Translations under genes and position numbers: made by a program
The notes under the pieces: model-generated
What the model was told of the DNA's origin: nothing
Database searches by the model: none
The model's input: the letters and a program-made list of their open reading frames with translations, nothing else
Shown: one piece after another, positions 43,446 to 55,400 of the stretch
How positions within the stretch are numbered: the stretch's first letter is position 1
Layout: each line of letters opens with the position of its first letter
NCBI GenBank assembly: GCA_963843845.1
Contig: CAWJMB010000003.1
Span: 96,001-160,000, forward strand
Direction: 5' to 3'
DNA length: 64,000 bases
DNA from: an uncultured Gemmatimonadaceae bacterium
GTDB lineage: Bacteria; Gemmatimonadota; Gemmatimonadetes; Gemmatimonadales; Gemmatimonadaceae

Positions 43446-45105
43446 CTAACGACCGCCGCGCGCGAGCGTCTCCGCGAAGCTCCGCGGCGGCGTGCCGCAC
43501 CGCGGCGGCTGCGACGGCCGCCCCGTCTGCGGATTCACCGGCGGCACGCGCCGGACGCGCGAGACCTGGACCGGATCCTCGGACGCCTGATACGCGAGCA
43601 TCGCGACGAGGATCGCGTTCCGCCGCACCGTCGCGAAGTCGATCTTGTCGTACGTGTCGCGGTTCGTGTGCCACGTGTAGTCGCCGTACGACCAGTCGGA
43701 CGACGTGAGGAAGAAGCCGGCGCGTCGCGGCAGGTGAACGCATCGCTGTCCGAGCTCTCGTCGTGCGCGTCGCCCGGGAGCGCCAGCACCGTGCCGCGCG
43801 TCACGTCCGCCGGCATGCGCGACATCCACCGCGCGAAGTGCGCCGCCGCGTCGACGAAGCCGTTCGTCTGCACCGTGTCGATCTCGCCGGTGCCGTTGTC
43901 CTGGTTGAACAGCGCCTGCAGGCCGCGCAGCACCTCGGGGTGATCCGCCGCGAACGCCGCCGAGCCGACGTCGCCCTGCTCCTCGCCGCTCCAGTGCCCC
44001 ACGAGGATCGTGCGTTTCGGCCGCGGGTAGACGGCCTTCAGGATGCGCATCGCCTCGAGCATCGTGAGCGTGCCGGTGCCGTTGTCGGTCGCGCCGCTCC
44101 CGCTGTCCCACGAGTCGAGGTGCGCCGAGAGCACGACGTACTCGTTCGGCAGCTCCGAGCCCGTGATCTCCGCGATCGTGTTCGACACCGGCGACTCGGT
44201 CGCGGCGAGTCGCGCGTCGGCGAACGCCTGCACGCGCGGACGCATGCCGCGCTCCGCGAGACGACTCAACAGGCCGTAATCCTCGCAGCTCACGTCGAAG
44301 TGCGGCACGCGCGTCGTGCGCGCCGCCTGGATCTTGTCGACGCCCCACCCGCGCGACCACGCGTTCGACAGGACCGCCGCGGCGCCCGCACGCTCGAGCG
44401 CGGTGACGATCGTGCGCGCCGTGTAGCCGCTCGACGCGAGACGCCCACGGAACTCGTTCGCCGCCGTATCGCGCGCGGCGCGTGTCGCCGCGACTTCGGC
44501 GGGCGGCGCCCACTGGTCCAGGTCGGCGTCCGGGCGGCAGCTCGGCTGCGCGAACGAGAGCAGCACGAGCCTGCCGCGCACGGTGCCCAACCATCGCGCG
44601 AACCCTGCGCTGTCACGCGTCTCCGCGGCGCGCGGGATCGCGACGACCTCGCCGGTCGTGCCGCCGGCCGGCGTCGCCGGACTCCACGCGAGCATCGTCG
44701 CCTCGAGCGTGCGCACGCGCGGGCTCACGAGCTCCAGCCGGCTCGGCCCGCGCGTCCAGTCGCGCCACGTGCCGTACCGCTCGTTGCGCGCCGACACCCC
44801 CACGCCGAGTAGGTGCGCACGAGCCACTCGTTCGCGGCGCGGTTGGCGGGCGAGCCGGTCAGCCGCGGTCCGATCGAGTCGACGAGCGCGCTCGCGAGTG
44901 GCACGAGCTGCGAGCGGCGCGTCCCCTCGTCGTAGAGGCGCGCGACGACCGAGTCGCCCGTCGGCGGCGTGACGGACAGCGGCAGGCGCAGCGTCGGCTG
45001 CGCGGCGGCCACCCGCGCCGATCCGAGCGAGACGGCGATGGCGACCACGATCGCGACGGCCCGTGCGACACGACCGTGCAGTGAGGGGAATACGCGTTGT
45101 GACAT
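43446..45105 (-). CDS. M28 family metallopeptidase (carboxypeptidase Q-like; two frameshifts)
   Basis: L.DSIGPRLTGSP, LSAHLDSWD...GATDNGTG, WSGEEQG, Y.WHTNRDTYDKI; frame changes near 44800 and 43720. Confidence 0.9.
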
Positions 45106-45152
45106 GCGCACGGACACGAGAGGAAGGATGCGGTGTTAAGCTCCATGGTAAT

Positions 45153-45533
45153 ATGCCTAACGACGTTCTTTCGCTCGTCCGTGGCGCCGAGGCCGTCGCC
45201 GCGTCGCTCGGGCACTTCGACCTGCACGACTCGGCGCTCGTCGCCGTCCGCATCGCGACCGACGCGGCGAACGTCCCCGGCATCGAGATCGAGTTCGAGC
45301 TCTCTGCCGGCGCCGCCGATCACCACATCACGCTCGCCGCGACCGACGTGAGCGACGTCTCCCTCGCCGACTTCGGCGCGGCGAACGTCGTCTCCGAGTA
45401 CACCATCGCGCCGGACGGCGTCGACGGCGACGGCCACGCGCTCGTGCGCGTCGCGTTCACCTGCGCGCCCGGCTGCGACCTCGACTTCCGCTGCCGCGAC
45501 CTCGCCGTGCGGCAGCGCGACGCGGCCGCCTGA
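45153..45533 (+). CDS. Imm50-like immunity protein (orphan)
   Basis: 126 aa; pattern GAEAV...G...(L/F)HD, L.DF...NV...., V.F....G....F.C....V resembles the Imm50 family as I recall it. Confidence 0.6.
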   Translation: MPNDVLSLVRGAEAVAASLGHFDLHDSALVAVRIATDAANVPGIEIEFELSAGAADHHITLAATDVSDVSLADFGAANVVSEYTIAPDGVDGDGHALVRVAFTCAPGCDLDFRCRDLAVRQRDAAA

Positions 45534-45592
45534 TCCGCGCGCTGCTCGCTCGCCAGCGCCTCGACGCCCGCCCCACCGCCTCCGGAGCTCTC

Positions 45593-46708
45593 ATGCGATC
45601 CGACGTTCGCCTCGCGGTAACCGCCGCGGCCATTGCCGCGCTCCTCACACTCTCCCCGGCTGGCGCGCAGACGCCGACGCAGCCGACGCGCCCCGCGCGC
45701 CGCACCGTTCCGATGGACCCGGCGCGCGCGGCGCAGCTCTACGTCAGCGACCGCTTCGAGGACCTGCCGCCGGCGAACGTCGAGCGCGACCGCGCCGACA
45801 AGGCGAAGACGGACAGCCTCTACGCGGCACACGCGCGCGGGGTGATGGAGTTCCGGAAGGTCACGTACAAGAGCAGCGCCGACGGCCTCGAGATCCCGGC
45901 GATGCTGTTCGCGCCGCTACAGAAGCGCGGCGCGCGCGGCCACGCGGCGCTGGTCTGGGTGCACGGCGGTGTGCACGGCAACTGGGACGAGGAGTACATC
46001 CCGTTCGTGAAAGACGCCGTACAGCGCGGCTACGTCGTCATCGCCCCCGACTACCGCGGCAGTACCGGCTACGGCGCCGACTTCTACAACGCGATCGACT
46101 ACGGCGGCCGCGAGGTCGACGACGCGATGACGGCCTACGACTACCTGAAGACGCTGCCGTACGTCGACCCCGAGCGGGTCGGCATGATGGGGTGGAGCCA
46201 CGGCGGGATGATCACGGCGCTCTCCGTCATGCGGAAGACGACGCCGTTCAAGGCCGGCGCGGCGATCGTCCCCGTCACGAACCTCGTCTTCCGACTCGGC
46301 TACAAGGGGCCGAGCTACGCGCGCTCGTTCGCCGCGGAGTCGACGATCAGAGGGCTCCCGTTCGAGAAGCCGGACGAGTACATCCGGCGCTCGCCGCTCT
46401 ATCACGTCGACGACCTGTCGGTGCCGATTCTCGTGCACGTCGCGACGAACGACACCGACGTCAACTTCGTCGAGAATCAACAGCTCGTCGACGCCCTGCG
46501 CGCACGCAAGCCGCTGCTGTCCGAGACGAAGATCTACGTCGATCCGCCGCCCGGCTCGCACGGCGGCGGCCACAGCTTCAGCCGCCGCGTGAACGCGACC
46601 ACCCACGAGCGCGACGACTCGCCCGAGCAGCGCGACTCGTGGAACCGGACGTGGGCGTTCTTCGAGTGGTGGCTGCGCCCGTATCAGGACGCGCCGAAGC
46701 GACCGTAG
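45593..46708 (+). CDS. S9 family peptidase / alpha-beta hydrolase (secreted)
   Basis: Signal peptide, VWVHGGVH, PDYRGSTGYG, nucleophile GWSHGG, NDTDV, GHSF. Confidence 0.92.
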   Translation: MRSDVRLAVTAAAIAALLTLSPAGAQTPTQPTRPARRTVPMDPARAAQLYVSDRFEDLPPANVERDRADKAKTDSLYAAHARGVMEFRKVTYKSSADGLEIPAMLFAPLQKRGARGHAALVWVHGGVHGNWDEEYIPFVKDAVQRGYVVIAPDYRGSTGYGADFYNAIDYGGREVDDAMTAYDYLKTLPYVDPERVGMMGWSHGGMITALSVMRKTTPFKAGAAIVPVTNLVFRLGYKGPSYARSFAAESTIRGLPFEKPDEYIRRSPLYHVDDLSVPILVHVATNDTDVNFVENQQLVDALRARKPLLSETKIYVDPPPGSHGGGHSFSRRVNATTHERDDSPEQRDSWNRTWAFFEWWLRPYQDAPKRP

Positions 46709-46720
46709 ACGAGCGCCTGG

Positions 46721-47155
46721 TTACGGCTTCTTCGGCTGTCGCACCACCTTCATCCCGCCGCCCATCGCGCCGTCGCCGATCTGCCACTGTCCCTGCAGCG
46801 GATCGGCGAACTTGATCTGCTGCGTGAGGTCGCCGTACTCCGTCGTCGAGACGACGGTGAGGACGTCGCCCTCGAGCTTCACCGCGTTCGCCTTCACGCT
46901 CGCGCCGAGGGTCAGGTGCGCGATCGTGGCGGTGTAGGTCGTGTCGTTCGCCTTCGTCACCGTGAGGGTGCCGCTGAACACCTGCCCCTGGGCCTCGATG
47001 GCCCAGTCGAAGACGCCGGTCGGGTCGACGGCGACGCGAGCGGCCGTCACGGGAACCGCTGGTGTGCGCGGCAGGGCGTCGGCGGTCGGCGCGGCGGCGA
47101 AAGCCGCGAGCAGGAAGCCCGCGAGGGCGGGGCGGCGGAGCGAGATCGTCGGCAT
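46721..47155 (-). CDS. Secreted hypothetical beta-barrel-like protein
   Basis: Signal peptide MPTISLRRPALAGFLLAAFAAAPTADA, then DPTG.FDW and beta-strand pattern. Confidence 0.75.
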   Translation of the reverse strand: MPTISLRRPALAGFLLAAFAAAPTADALPRTPAVPVTAARVAVDPTGVFDWAIEAQGQVFSGTLTVTKANDTTYTATIAHLTLGASVKANAVKLEGDVLTVVSTTEYGDLTQQIKFADPLQGQWQIGDGAMGGGMKVVRQPKKP

Positions 47156-47213
47156 GGCAGGAACCCGTGAGAGGCGCCGGGGGAGGGAGGGGTACCCTGC
47201 CAATCTAGACCGA

Positions 47214-49229
47214 TCAGGCGGACACGGCGAGGGCCGGCGCGACCGCCGCCGGCCGCGGCTCGGCGACGAGTGCCGGGCCCGGCGCGAGATGCCCCGAGCA
47301 CTGATTCCGCCCGCCGCGCTTCGCCGCGTAGAGCGCGCGGTCCGCCACGCGCACGATCTCGTCCCAGCTCAGCGCCTCCGGGTGCTGCACGTCGAGCGGG
47401 AAGACGGCGTAGCCGATCGAGCAGGTGACGCGCAGCGTCGGACCGCCGGCCTCGCCGACCGGGACCGCCAGCCGTTCGACGACGCGCCGCAGTCGCTCGG
47501 CGTGCGCGGCCGTGTGGCTGCGGTCGGCGAAGCGGCCGAGGATCAGGAACTCCTCGCCCCCCCACCGCACGACCACGTCGGACCCGCGGCAGACGCGCTC
47601 GAGCGCGCGCGCCATCTCGACGAGCAGCCGGTCGCCGACCGCGTGCCCGTACGTGTCGTTCACCTGCTTGAAGTGGTCGATGTCGAGCAGCAGACAGGCG
47701 AGGTCCGCGTCCTCTGGCGCCGATCCCTGCTCGGCCGCCGAGCGGTGGCGGCGCAGCGAGCCGGCGACCTCGCCGGCGATGATCTGCTCGAGGTAGCGAC
47801 GGTTGCGAACGCCGGTGAGCGGGTCGGTCGTGCTCAGCGTCTCGGCGCGGCGCGTGCGCAGCACGCGCCGCCAGTACGCCACCAGCCCGGCGACGAGCAT
47901 CAGCGCGGCGGCGATGGCGAGCGTGTTGCGCTGCTCGGTGCGGTAGCTCGCCTCGACGCGCAGCAGCTGGACCTCGCGCTCGCGGCGCTCCTGCTCGACC
48001 TGCCGCCCGAGCGACGCGACGCGCCGCGAGGTCGCCTCGTCGAAGATCGAGTCGCCGACGGCGCGCACCCGCTTGAACGACGCGAGCGCCGCTGCGTGGC
48101 GCCCCGCGACGGCCTGCGCCTCGGAGAGCGCTTCCCAGGCGCGCAGCCGCAGGTCGCGCGACGTCGCCATCGTGCGGGCGATCGCGAGCGCTCGCTCCGC
48201 CGCTCGTTCCGCCGCCGCCGCGTCGCCGCGTGCCCGCTCGACCGCGGCGAGCGCGATGAGGTTCCGCGCGAGCAGCCCCTTGTCCTCGATCGCGCTGCCG
48301 AGTCGTACGGCCTCGGCGATCTCGCCGCGGGCGGGGGCGAGGCGGCCGAGCGCGAGGTACGCGAGGCCGACGTTGCGGTGCGCCTGCGCGACCGCCGACG
48401 GATCGGCGATCGTCTCACGGATGGCGAGCGACTCGCGGTGTGCGGCGAGCGCCTTCCTCGCGTCGCCGCGCGTCATGTGCAGGCTGCCGATGTTGTCGAG
48501 CGTCGCCGCGATGCGTGCCTTGAGCCCGAGCGCCCGGCGCATGGCGAGCGCGCGCTCGAAGAACACGAGCGCCTGGTCGGCGCGCCGCAGCCGCTCGTAG
48601 ACGATCCCGATGTTGTTCAGCGACAGCGCGATCGCCGTCGAGTCGCCGAGCCGTTCGCGGATGTGCAGCGCCTCGGCGTGCAGCTCGAGCGCGTGCTCGT
48701 ACTCCGCGAGGTCCGACCCGTAGACGAAGCCCAGGTTGTTGAGCGACGTCGCGACGTCCGTCAGGGTGCCCGACGCGCGCTGGATCTCGAGCGCGCGGCC
48801 GAATAGGGCGATCGCCGCGTCGGGGTCGCCGCGCCGCTGGGCGATCGTGCCGAGGTTGCTGAGCGCCCGCGCCTCCTCGGCGCGCGCGCCGGCCGCGGCG
48901 GCGACGTCGCGCCCCCGCTCGGCGTACGCGACGGCGGAGTCGTAGCGCGACATCGTCATGTACGCCCACCCCATCTCGGCGAGCGTCGCGGCGCGCGTCG
49001 CGGGGTCGGGGAGCGCGTCGAGCAGCACGAGCGCGTCGCGGCCGTAGGCGAGCGCGCGCACCGGCTGATCGCTCTCGAGCGCCCGCACGAGCTGGGCGAG
49101 CGTGCGCGCCCGCTCCGACCCCATGACGGACGGGAGGCGAGCCTCGAGCGCGCCCGCGCTCTGTGCCTGGGCGGGCATCGCGAGCGCGGCACACCATCCC
49201 ACGACGGCGATCCACCGGAAGAGCGTCAC
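47214..49229 (-). CDS. Periplasmic TPR-repeat, TM, GGDEF diguanylate cyclase
   Basis: Signal peptide, several SLNN.G..Y TPRs, TM helix, TDPLTG..NRR, DIDHFKQVNDTYGH.VGD, RWGGEEF, ADRALY.AK..GRN. Confidence 0.95.
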   Translation of the reverse strand: MTLFRWIAVVGWCAALAMPAQAQSAGALEARLPSVMGSERARTLAQLVRALESDQPVRALAYGRDALVLLDALPDPATRAATLAEMGWAYMTMSRYDSAVAYAERGRDVAAAAGARAEEARALSNLGTIAQRRGDPDAAIALFGRALEIQRASGTLTDVATSLNNLGFVYGSDLAEYEHALELHAEALHIRERLGDSTAIALSLNNIGIVYERLRRADQALVFFERALAMRRALGLKARIAATLDNIGSLHMTRGDARKALAAHRESLAIRETIADPSAVAQAHRNVGLAYLALGRLAPARGEIAEAVRLGSAIEDKGLLARNLIALAAVERARGDAAAAERAAERALAIARTMATSRDLRLRAWEALSEAQAVAGRHAAALASFKRVRAVGDSIFDEATSRRVASLGRQVEQERREREVQLLRVEASYRTEQRNTLAIAAALMLVAGLVAYWRRVLRTRRAETLSTTDPLTGVRNRRYLEQIIAGEVAGSLRRHRSAAEQGSAPEDADLACLLLDIDHFKQVNDTYGHAVGDRLLVEMARALERVCRGSDVVVRWGGEEFLILGRFADRSHTAAHAERLRRVVERLAVPVGEAGGPTLRVTCSIGYAVFPLDVQHPEALSWDEIVRVADRALYAAKRGGRNQCSGHLAPGPALVAEPRPAAVAPALAVSA

Positions 49230-49282
49230 GGTGGAGAGACGACCGAGCGAGTCCTACGTAATCGTCACGGACTGACCGCCGA

Positions 49283-49325
49283 GGATCGGGGATCGGGGCT
49301 CGTGAGGCACCCCGATCCCCGATCC
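49283..49325 (-). terminator. Hairpin downstream of the amidohydrolase (putative terminator or REP-like element)
   Basis: Perfect 16-bp stem GGATCGGGGATCGGGG / CCCCGATCCCCGATCC with an 11-nt loop. Confidence 0.65.
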
Positions 49326-49333
49326 CCCGGCAC

Positions 49334-51078
49334 TCACGGCACGTGATCCGGATCTGCCGCCGCGGCGCGGGCGGCCGCGGCGTCCTGCTGCGCCGCGGCG
49401 CGCGGGTTCGCGGCCCGCTGCGCCTTCTGCGTCTCGACCATCTTCGCCACGTCGGCCATCATCTGCTTCGCGTCGTAGACGATGCCGTCCTTGATCGTCC
49501 AGCGCACGCCGCCGACGCGCTCGGGCTGCCGCGTCGCGTCGTTCAGGCGCAGGGCGCCGTTGCCGTAGAGCACCTTGAGGTTCTGCAGCGGGTTCTGGTC
49601 GACGATCGCGAGGTCGGCGAGCATGCCGGGCCGCACGACACCGAACTCGATCGCCTTGCCGGTCGGCTTCGCGATCGTCTCGGCGCCGCTCATCGTCGCC
49701 GCGCGGATGACCTCGAGCGGGTGGAAGCCGGCCTCCTGCAACAGCTCCATCTCCTCGATCGTGCCGAAGCCCGGCGTGCTGTAGATGAAGCCCGCGTCCG
49801 AGCCCGTGGTGACGCGCCCACCCATGTTCTTGTAGTCCTGGACGAACATCATCCAGACGCGGTAGAAGTTGCGCCACGCGACCTCGTCGGCCGTCGTCCA
49901 GTCGTACCAGTACGAGCCGTGGTTCGTGCGGCTCGGCGAGTAGTACGCCATGAGCGACGGCAGCGTGTACTTGTCGTGCCACGGCGCGTACATGTGGTGA
50001 ATGACGTCACGCCCCGTGAGGTAGATGCTGAACGTCGGGTCGAGCGTCACGTCGCGCTCGCGCAGCCGCTTGAGGAAGCCGTTCCACTTCTCGCTGCGCG
50101 GCGTCACCATCGACCACTGCCGCGCGACCTGGCCGAAGCGGCTCTGCTCGTCGTTGTAGTTCATGTCGATCGGCCACGTCTGCACCGTCGAGCTGTCGTA
50201 CATGCTCTCGAACAGCCCGTAGAAGTGCGTGACGGCGCCGAGCCCGAGCCGCGTCGCCTCGTCCGCGTTCATCTGCGCGACGCCCGTCTGCTGCAGGTGC
50301 GCCGTCGAGCCGAGGCCGAGCTTCTTCGCCTCGTCGAGCAGCGCCGCCATGAGGTCCGGCCGCTCGGCGCCGAGCTTGAGGCCGTCGCCGCCGTTGCGGG
50401 CGAGCCAGCGCACCCACTCGCGCGCCTGCTCCGGCGTCGTGACGGCGCCGCGCCCCACCCGGTCCCGGGGCGCTGGTAGACGACGTAGCGCGGCGCGGCG
50501 ATCTCGTTCTTCGCGCTGCGCTCCTTCTCGTGCATGCCGTACTCGAAGCTCGCGAACGGCACGCCGCGCACGGTCGTGACGCCGTGGCCGAGCCAGAGCT
50601 TGTTGTAGTACTCGGACTCGGGAGCCTTCTGCGTCGTGCCCTGGTGCACGTGCAGGTCGACGATCCCCGGCATGACGTACATCCCCTTCGCGTCGATCTC
50701 GCGGTCGCCGGCGCGCGGACGGCGCGTCGACGAGTCGAACGGCACGCCCGGCGTGCCGACGTTCGAGATCTCGGCGATGCGGTTCCCCTCGATGACGATG
50801 TCGACCGGTCCGCGCGGCGGACCGCCGGTGCCGTCGATCAGCGTCGCGCCGCGCACGATGAGGCGCTTGTAGGGACCGCCGCCGTCCGTCTTGCGGTCGG
50901 GGGCGTAGCGCGGGTCCTCGCGGCGCTCCGCGGCCACGAGGCGCGCGGCGGTGGTGTCGGGAGCGCCGGCGGTGCCGTTCGGCGCGTTGGTGCGCGGGCG
51001 CTGCGGCTGCTGAGCGCCGACCGCGGCGCTCAGCGTGAGGGTCGCGAGCGCGACGTACGCGGGTGAGGCGATGCGCAT
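49334..51078 (-). CDS. Secreted amidohydrolase family protein (one frameshift near 50460)
   Basis: LIDGTG, IDAKGMYVMPGIVDLHVH, GVTTVR, AHL, GSDAG, G..P.E.IRAAT..GA, GMLADL..VD.NPL. Confidence 0.9.
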
Positions 51079-51080
51079 GC

Positions 51081-52436
51081 TCACTGGCCGCAGGCGGGTT
51101 GGGCGTTCGCGACGTTCGGGTTCGTCTGTCGCTCGACGTCGGCGATCGGAAGCTGCGAGCCCGGGCAGACGATCGTCTCGGCCTGCGCGGACCACTGCGG
51201 GTCGATGATCCCGAAGCGGTACATGTCGTTCAGCCGCCGCCCCTGGAGATAGAGGTTCACGCGGCGCTCGTGGATGAGGATCTCGCGCGCCGTCGGCTGT
51301 CCGGCGGCGCCGGTCCACGCGGGGAGCTGGTTCAGGGCGCGGAGGGCATTGATCTGCGTCGTGAACGTCGCGAGGTCGTTCTTCGCGAGCGCCACCTCGG
51401 CGGCGACGAGCCGCATGTCGCGCGAGCTCGTCACGATGAGCGTGGTCAGCAGATTGCCGGTGATGAACTCGTTCATCAGGCCGGTGAGCGCCGGGTCGGG
51501 GGCGTTCGTGATCGGGTCGCGCAGGTTCACCGTGAGGACGCGCGACGTCGCGTTGTAGCTGCCGTAGACCGGGTTGAACAGGATCTCGCGGCGCGAATTC
51601 GCGCACGACGGCAGGAAGCAGTTGCCGTACGACATCCCGGCGACGACCATCAGCGGCAGCCGCCCGTCGGAGCCGAGGAGCGCGAGCGAGGCGACGGCGT
51701 CGTCCGCGGCGAGCTGATCGCCGACGAGCGGATCCGCCGGGATGCGCCCCGACGGGTTGAGCTTCTGCCAGATCGCCTTGTCGAAGCGCGCGCGCGAGCG
51801 CACGGCGAGCAGCTGGCCGCGAAGCAGCGAGTTCGTCGTCGGTGCGACCGCGAGCCCGCGCGTCGTCGCCGCGACGGCCGAGTCGTAGAGCGTCACCATG
51901 TTCGTCGGGCCCACCGAGGGCCCGGCGTCGCGCTCCGACGACGCGATCACGAAGTCGTCGAAGTGGTTCGCGAGGTAGTCGTAGGTGACCGCGGCGTAGA
52001 GGTTCGCGAGCGCGAGCTGCCCGCGGTCGATCGGCGCGCCGTCGGCCACGAACTTCTCGAGCTGCTTCACCGTCCGGTTGGCCGAGAAGCGCGCCGTGCT
52101 CATCCCGGTCGTCGCGTCGATGATGAACTCGTTGTACGGGTCGCGCACGAAGCCGCGGTTCAGGCGGTCCATGCCGTCGAGCGACCCGAACCACGACATC
52201 TCGTCGCTCGCGGTGACGATGTGGCCGACGAGCTGGGTGGCGCCGCGCGTGAGCGACGCGAGCACGCCGTTCACCTGGTTCGGTGCCGACGCCGGGTTCG
52301 TGAGCGCTTCGGCGTTGACGTTGTTCGGGTTGTCGACTTCGAGAATGTTGCCGCACGCCGCGGCGCCCGCGGCGGTGATGGCCGCCGCGGCGACGAGCGC
52401 GGCGCGGCGGAGGGGGGTGTTAGGCACGGTCGTCAC
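51081..52436 (-). CDS. SusD/RagB family lipoprotein
   Basis: Lipobox AAACG..LEV.NPN, L..AE.AL, IN.LR, ERR..L.LQG.R..D..RF, LPI...E...NPN. Confidence 0.9.
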   Translation of the reverse strand: MTTVPNTPLRRAALVAAAAITAAGAAACGNILEVDNPNNVNAEALTNPASAPNQVNGVLASLTRGATQLVGHIVTASDEMSWFGSLDGMDRLNRGFVRDPYNEFIIDATTGMSTARFSANRTVKQLEKFVADGAPIDRGQLALANLYAAVTYDYLANHFDDFVIASSERDAGPSVGPTNMVTLYDSAVAATTRGLAVAPTTNSLLRGQLLAVRSRARFDKAIWQKLNPSGRIPADPLVGDQLAADDAVASLALLGSDGRLPLMVVAGMSYGNCFLPSCANSRREILFNPVYGSYNATSRVLTVNLRDPITNAPDPALTGLMNEFITGNLLTTLIVTSSRDMRLVAAEVALAKNDLATFTTQINALRALNQLPAWTGAAGQPTAREILIHERRVNLYLQGRRLNDMYRFGIIDPQWSAQAETIVCPGSQLPIADVERQTNPNVANAQPACGQ

Positions 52437-52445
52437 GATTGCTCC

Positions 52446-55400
52446 TCAGAAGCCCAGGCGCAGCGCGAACGTGAACCGCCGGGGGATCGGCAGCCCGAAC
52501 GTATCGCTCGCCTCGTAGAAATTATTGTCCGTCTGCGTCGAACTCAGCGAGTTCGACGTGCCGTCGTAGTTGATCTCGGGGTCGGTGCCGACGTACTTCG
52601 TCCACAGCGCGAGGTTGCGCGCCGCGACGGAGAGCGACAGCGACGACGCGCCGACCCGCCGCGCGAGGCGCTGGCCGGCCGTGTACGTGACGCTCAGCTC
52701 GCGGAAGCGGAGGAAGTCGCCGTTCTTGTTCTGGTTGTAGCCGTCGTACGGCGAGAGCGCGACGAGCCCGAGCCACTCCTGCGCCGCGGCGTAGCGCTCG
52801 TCGGCGCGTCGATGCCGGGTTGAGCAGCGTCGCCTCGACCTTCGACGCCGCGATCCGGTTGCGGCCCAGCGTCGGGCTCGCGTTGCGGAACGAGTCGGTG
52901 AGGTCGGAGATCGTGTAGTTCCCGGCCTTGTACTCGAACAGCGTGCCGACGCGCCACGCCGAGCCGACGCGGAGGGTGCCGCCGAACGCGCCCTGCCAGT
53001 CCGGGAAGGGCTTCCCCTGATAGTGGTCGAGGAAGTCGCCGTTCGCCGTCGTCGTCGGCGCGCAGCAGGTTCAGGTTCGTCGGGTTGATCGCTGCGGCGA
53101 GTGCGGCGCGCAGTTCGGCTTCCGTGTCCGGCCGGCCGTCGCGGTTCTGGTCGTACGGCGTCTGTCCGGCGGTGCAGACAGCCGCCCTTCGCGTCGGCCG
53201 CGTTGGCGTACGTGCCGCACGGCTGCAGGATCTTCGCGCCGAACAGCGCGCCCGGCGTGTAGCCCTCCTTGATGAAGCCGCGGATGCGCACGTAGCTCCC
53301 CTGCACCTTGATCGCCGGCGCGCCGCCGAGGCTCACGACCTTCTGCGAGAGATAGGCACCGTTCGCGAAGAGGTCGAGCCCGACCGAGCGGCGGTTGATC
53401 GCGCTGCCGTTCAGGCTCAGCTCGAGGCCGTTCGCGTCGAGCTGCCCGATGTTCGTGAGCTGGCGCGCCGATGAAGCCGCCCGAGACGGCGAACTGCTTC
53501 GCGACGAGCGCGTCGCGCAACGTGCGGGTGAAGTACGTCGCCGAGACCTGCGCGGCGTTGTTGAACAGCCCGATCTCGAAACCGCCCTCGAGCTCCGTCG
53601 TGACTTCCGGCTTGAGGTCGTTGTTGCCGAGGTTCGACGGCACGAGGCCCGAGCCCGTCGACGCGTTGATCGGGGCGTACGTCGTGAACTTGTCGAACGC
53701 GCCCGGCTGACGCCCCGAGCGCCCGATCGCGCCGCGCAGACGCAGCGACGAGATCGTCGTCCAGTTCCACCCGCCGCGGTCGGACGGAACGATCGAGACG
53801 CTGAGCTTCGGGTAGAGCACGCCGCCGGCGCTCTCACCGAACGAGCTGTTGTAGTCGTAGCGTGCGCCGACCGTGCCGAAGATCCAGTCGTGGAAGCCGA
53901 GCTGCTCCTGGGCGAGGAAGCCCGCGTTCACGACGCGGACATAGCTCTCCCCGACCGTCTGCGTGACGCCGGCGCCGGCGACGGCGAGTCCCGGGCCGGG
54001 GAAGTCGCGCCCGCTCGCGCTCTCGCTCTTCTGCGTCGCGATGTAGCCCTGGCCGCCGGCCGTGAACTGCGACTCGAACGTCGAGCCGAGCTGCGCGCGT
54101 CCAGTTCCCCTGCGAGTCGAGCGTCACGTTCTGCTGTCCGCAGCCCGCTCACCGTGCGGCTGCCCAGCGGCGCGTTCGCGCTGAGCAGGTCGACGTTGTT
54201 GCCGAACGGGAGGTAGCTCACGCCGCGCACGTCGGTGTTGTCGATGCCGAGCGATCGTGTTCAGCACGAGGTCCTCGGCTCGGCGTCCACTTGCCGTTGA
54301 CCGAGCCGGTGTAGTGCGTGCCGTCCTGATACGATGGCGAGCTGGTTCGTCTCGCGCACCGTGCCGAAGCGCTGTTGCCGAACGGGTTGCCCGTGAGGCC
54401 GCAGCGCGCCGTTGCCGGTCGCGAACTCGAGCGAGCGCGATCGTGCCGGTCGCGTCGTTGCAGTACGCTTGGTCGCGGCTTCGCGTACATCGCCTCGCGC
54501 GTACGGCGAGTAGATCGAGTTCTGCCCCTGCATCGCCGTCGATGCGGAAGACGGTGTAGAGCGACTGGAGGCCGATCGTGACGCGGCTCGTCGGGAGCAG
54601 GTTGAGGCTCAGCGTAGCCCTGGCTGCGCTTGAGCAGGTCCTGCGCGTTGCCGCCGACGCTGCGCGGCGGTGTACGGCCCGTCCTCGTACTCGAAGCGCC
54701 CGCCGGCGAAGTACGTCGCCCTGCTCGGCGCCGCCGCTGACGGAGCCGTTCGACCGTGTTGTTGTAGCCCGTCTCCCAGAGCTGCTGCGTGACGTTGTAG
54801 CTCGAACGGCACGTAACGGCGTGATCGGTCTGCCCGAAGATGCGGCTCAGCGTGTCGGCCTGCGCCTGCGTGCGGGCGAAGCCGGAGTTCGGCGTCGACG
54901 CGGTCGGGGTAGCTGATCTGCGAGCGCGTCGAGGTCGAGCGTTCCAGCGCGCGGGGCCCTGCGCAGCCCTTCTTCGTGAAGATCTGGATGACGCCGTTCG
55001 ACGCCTCGGTGCCGTAGAGCGTCGCCGCGGCGGCGCCCTTGAGGATCTCGACGCGCTCGATCGACGATGGGGTCGATGTCGTCGAGGCGCGACGTGCTCG
55101 TCATGCCGCCGGCGCTCGAGCCGCCGTTGTCGGAGCGCACGCCGTCGATGTAGATGACCGGGTTGTTCGACTGCGAGAGCGACGCGTTGCCGCGGATGCG
55201 GATGCGCGCGCCGGCGCCCGTCGTGCCGCCACGACGGCAGCACCGACACGCCCGGCGACGCGCGCGGCGAGCAGCCTCCGAGGGGCTCTGGATCGGCGCC
55301 TCGCGCAGCTCGCTCGGTGTCGATGGTGGCGATCGTGTTGCCGAGCTTCTTCGTCTCGACGGCGGCGCCGGTGCCGGTGACGACGACCTGGTCGAGCTGC

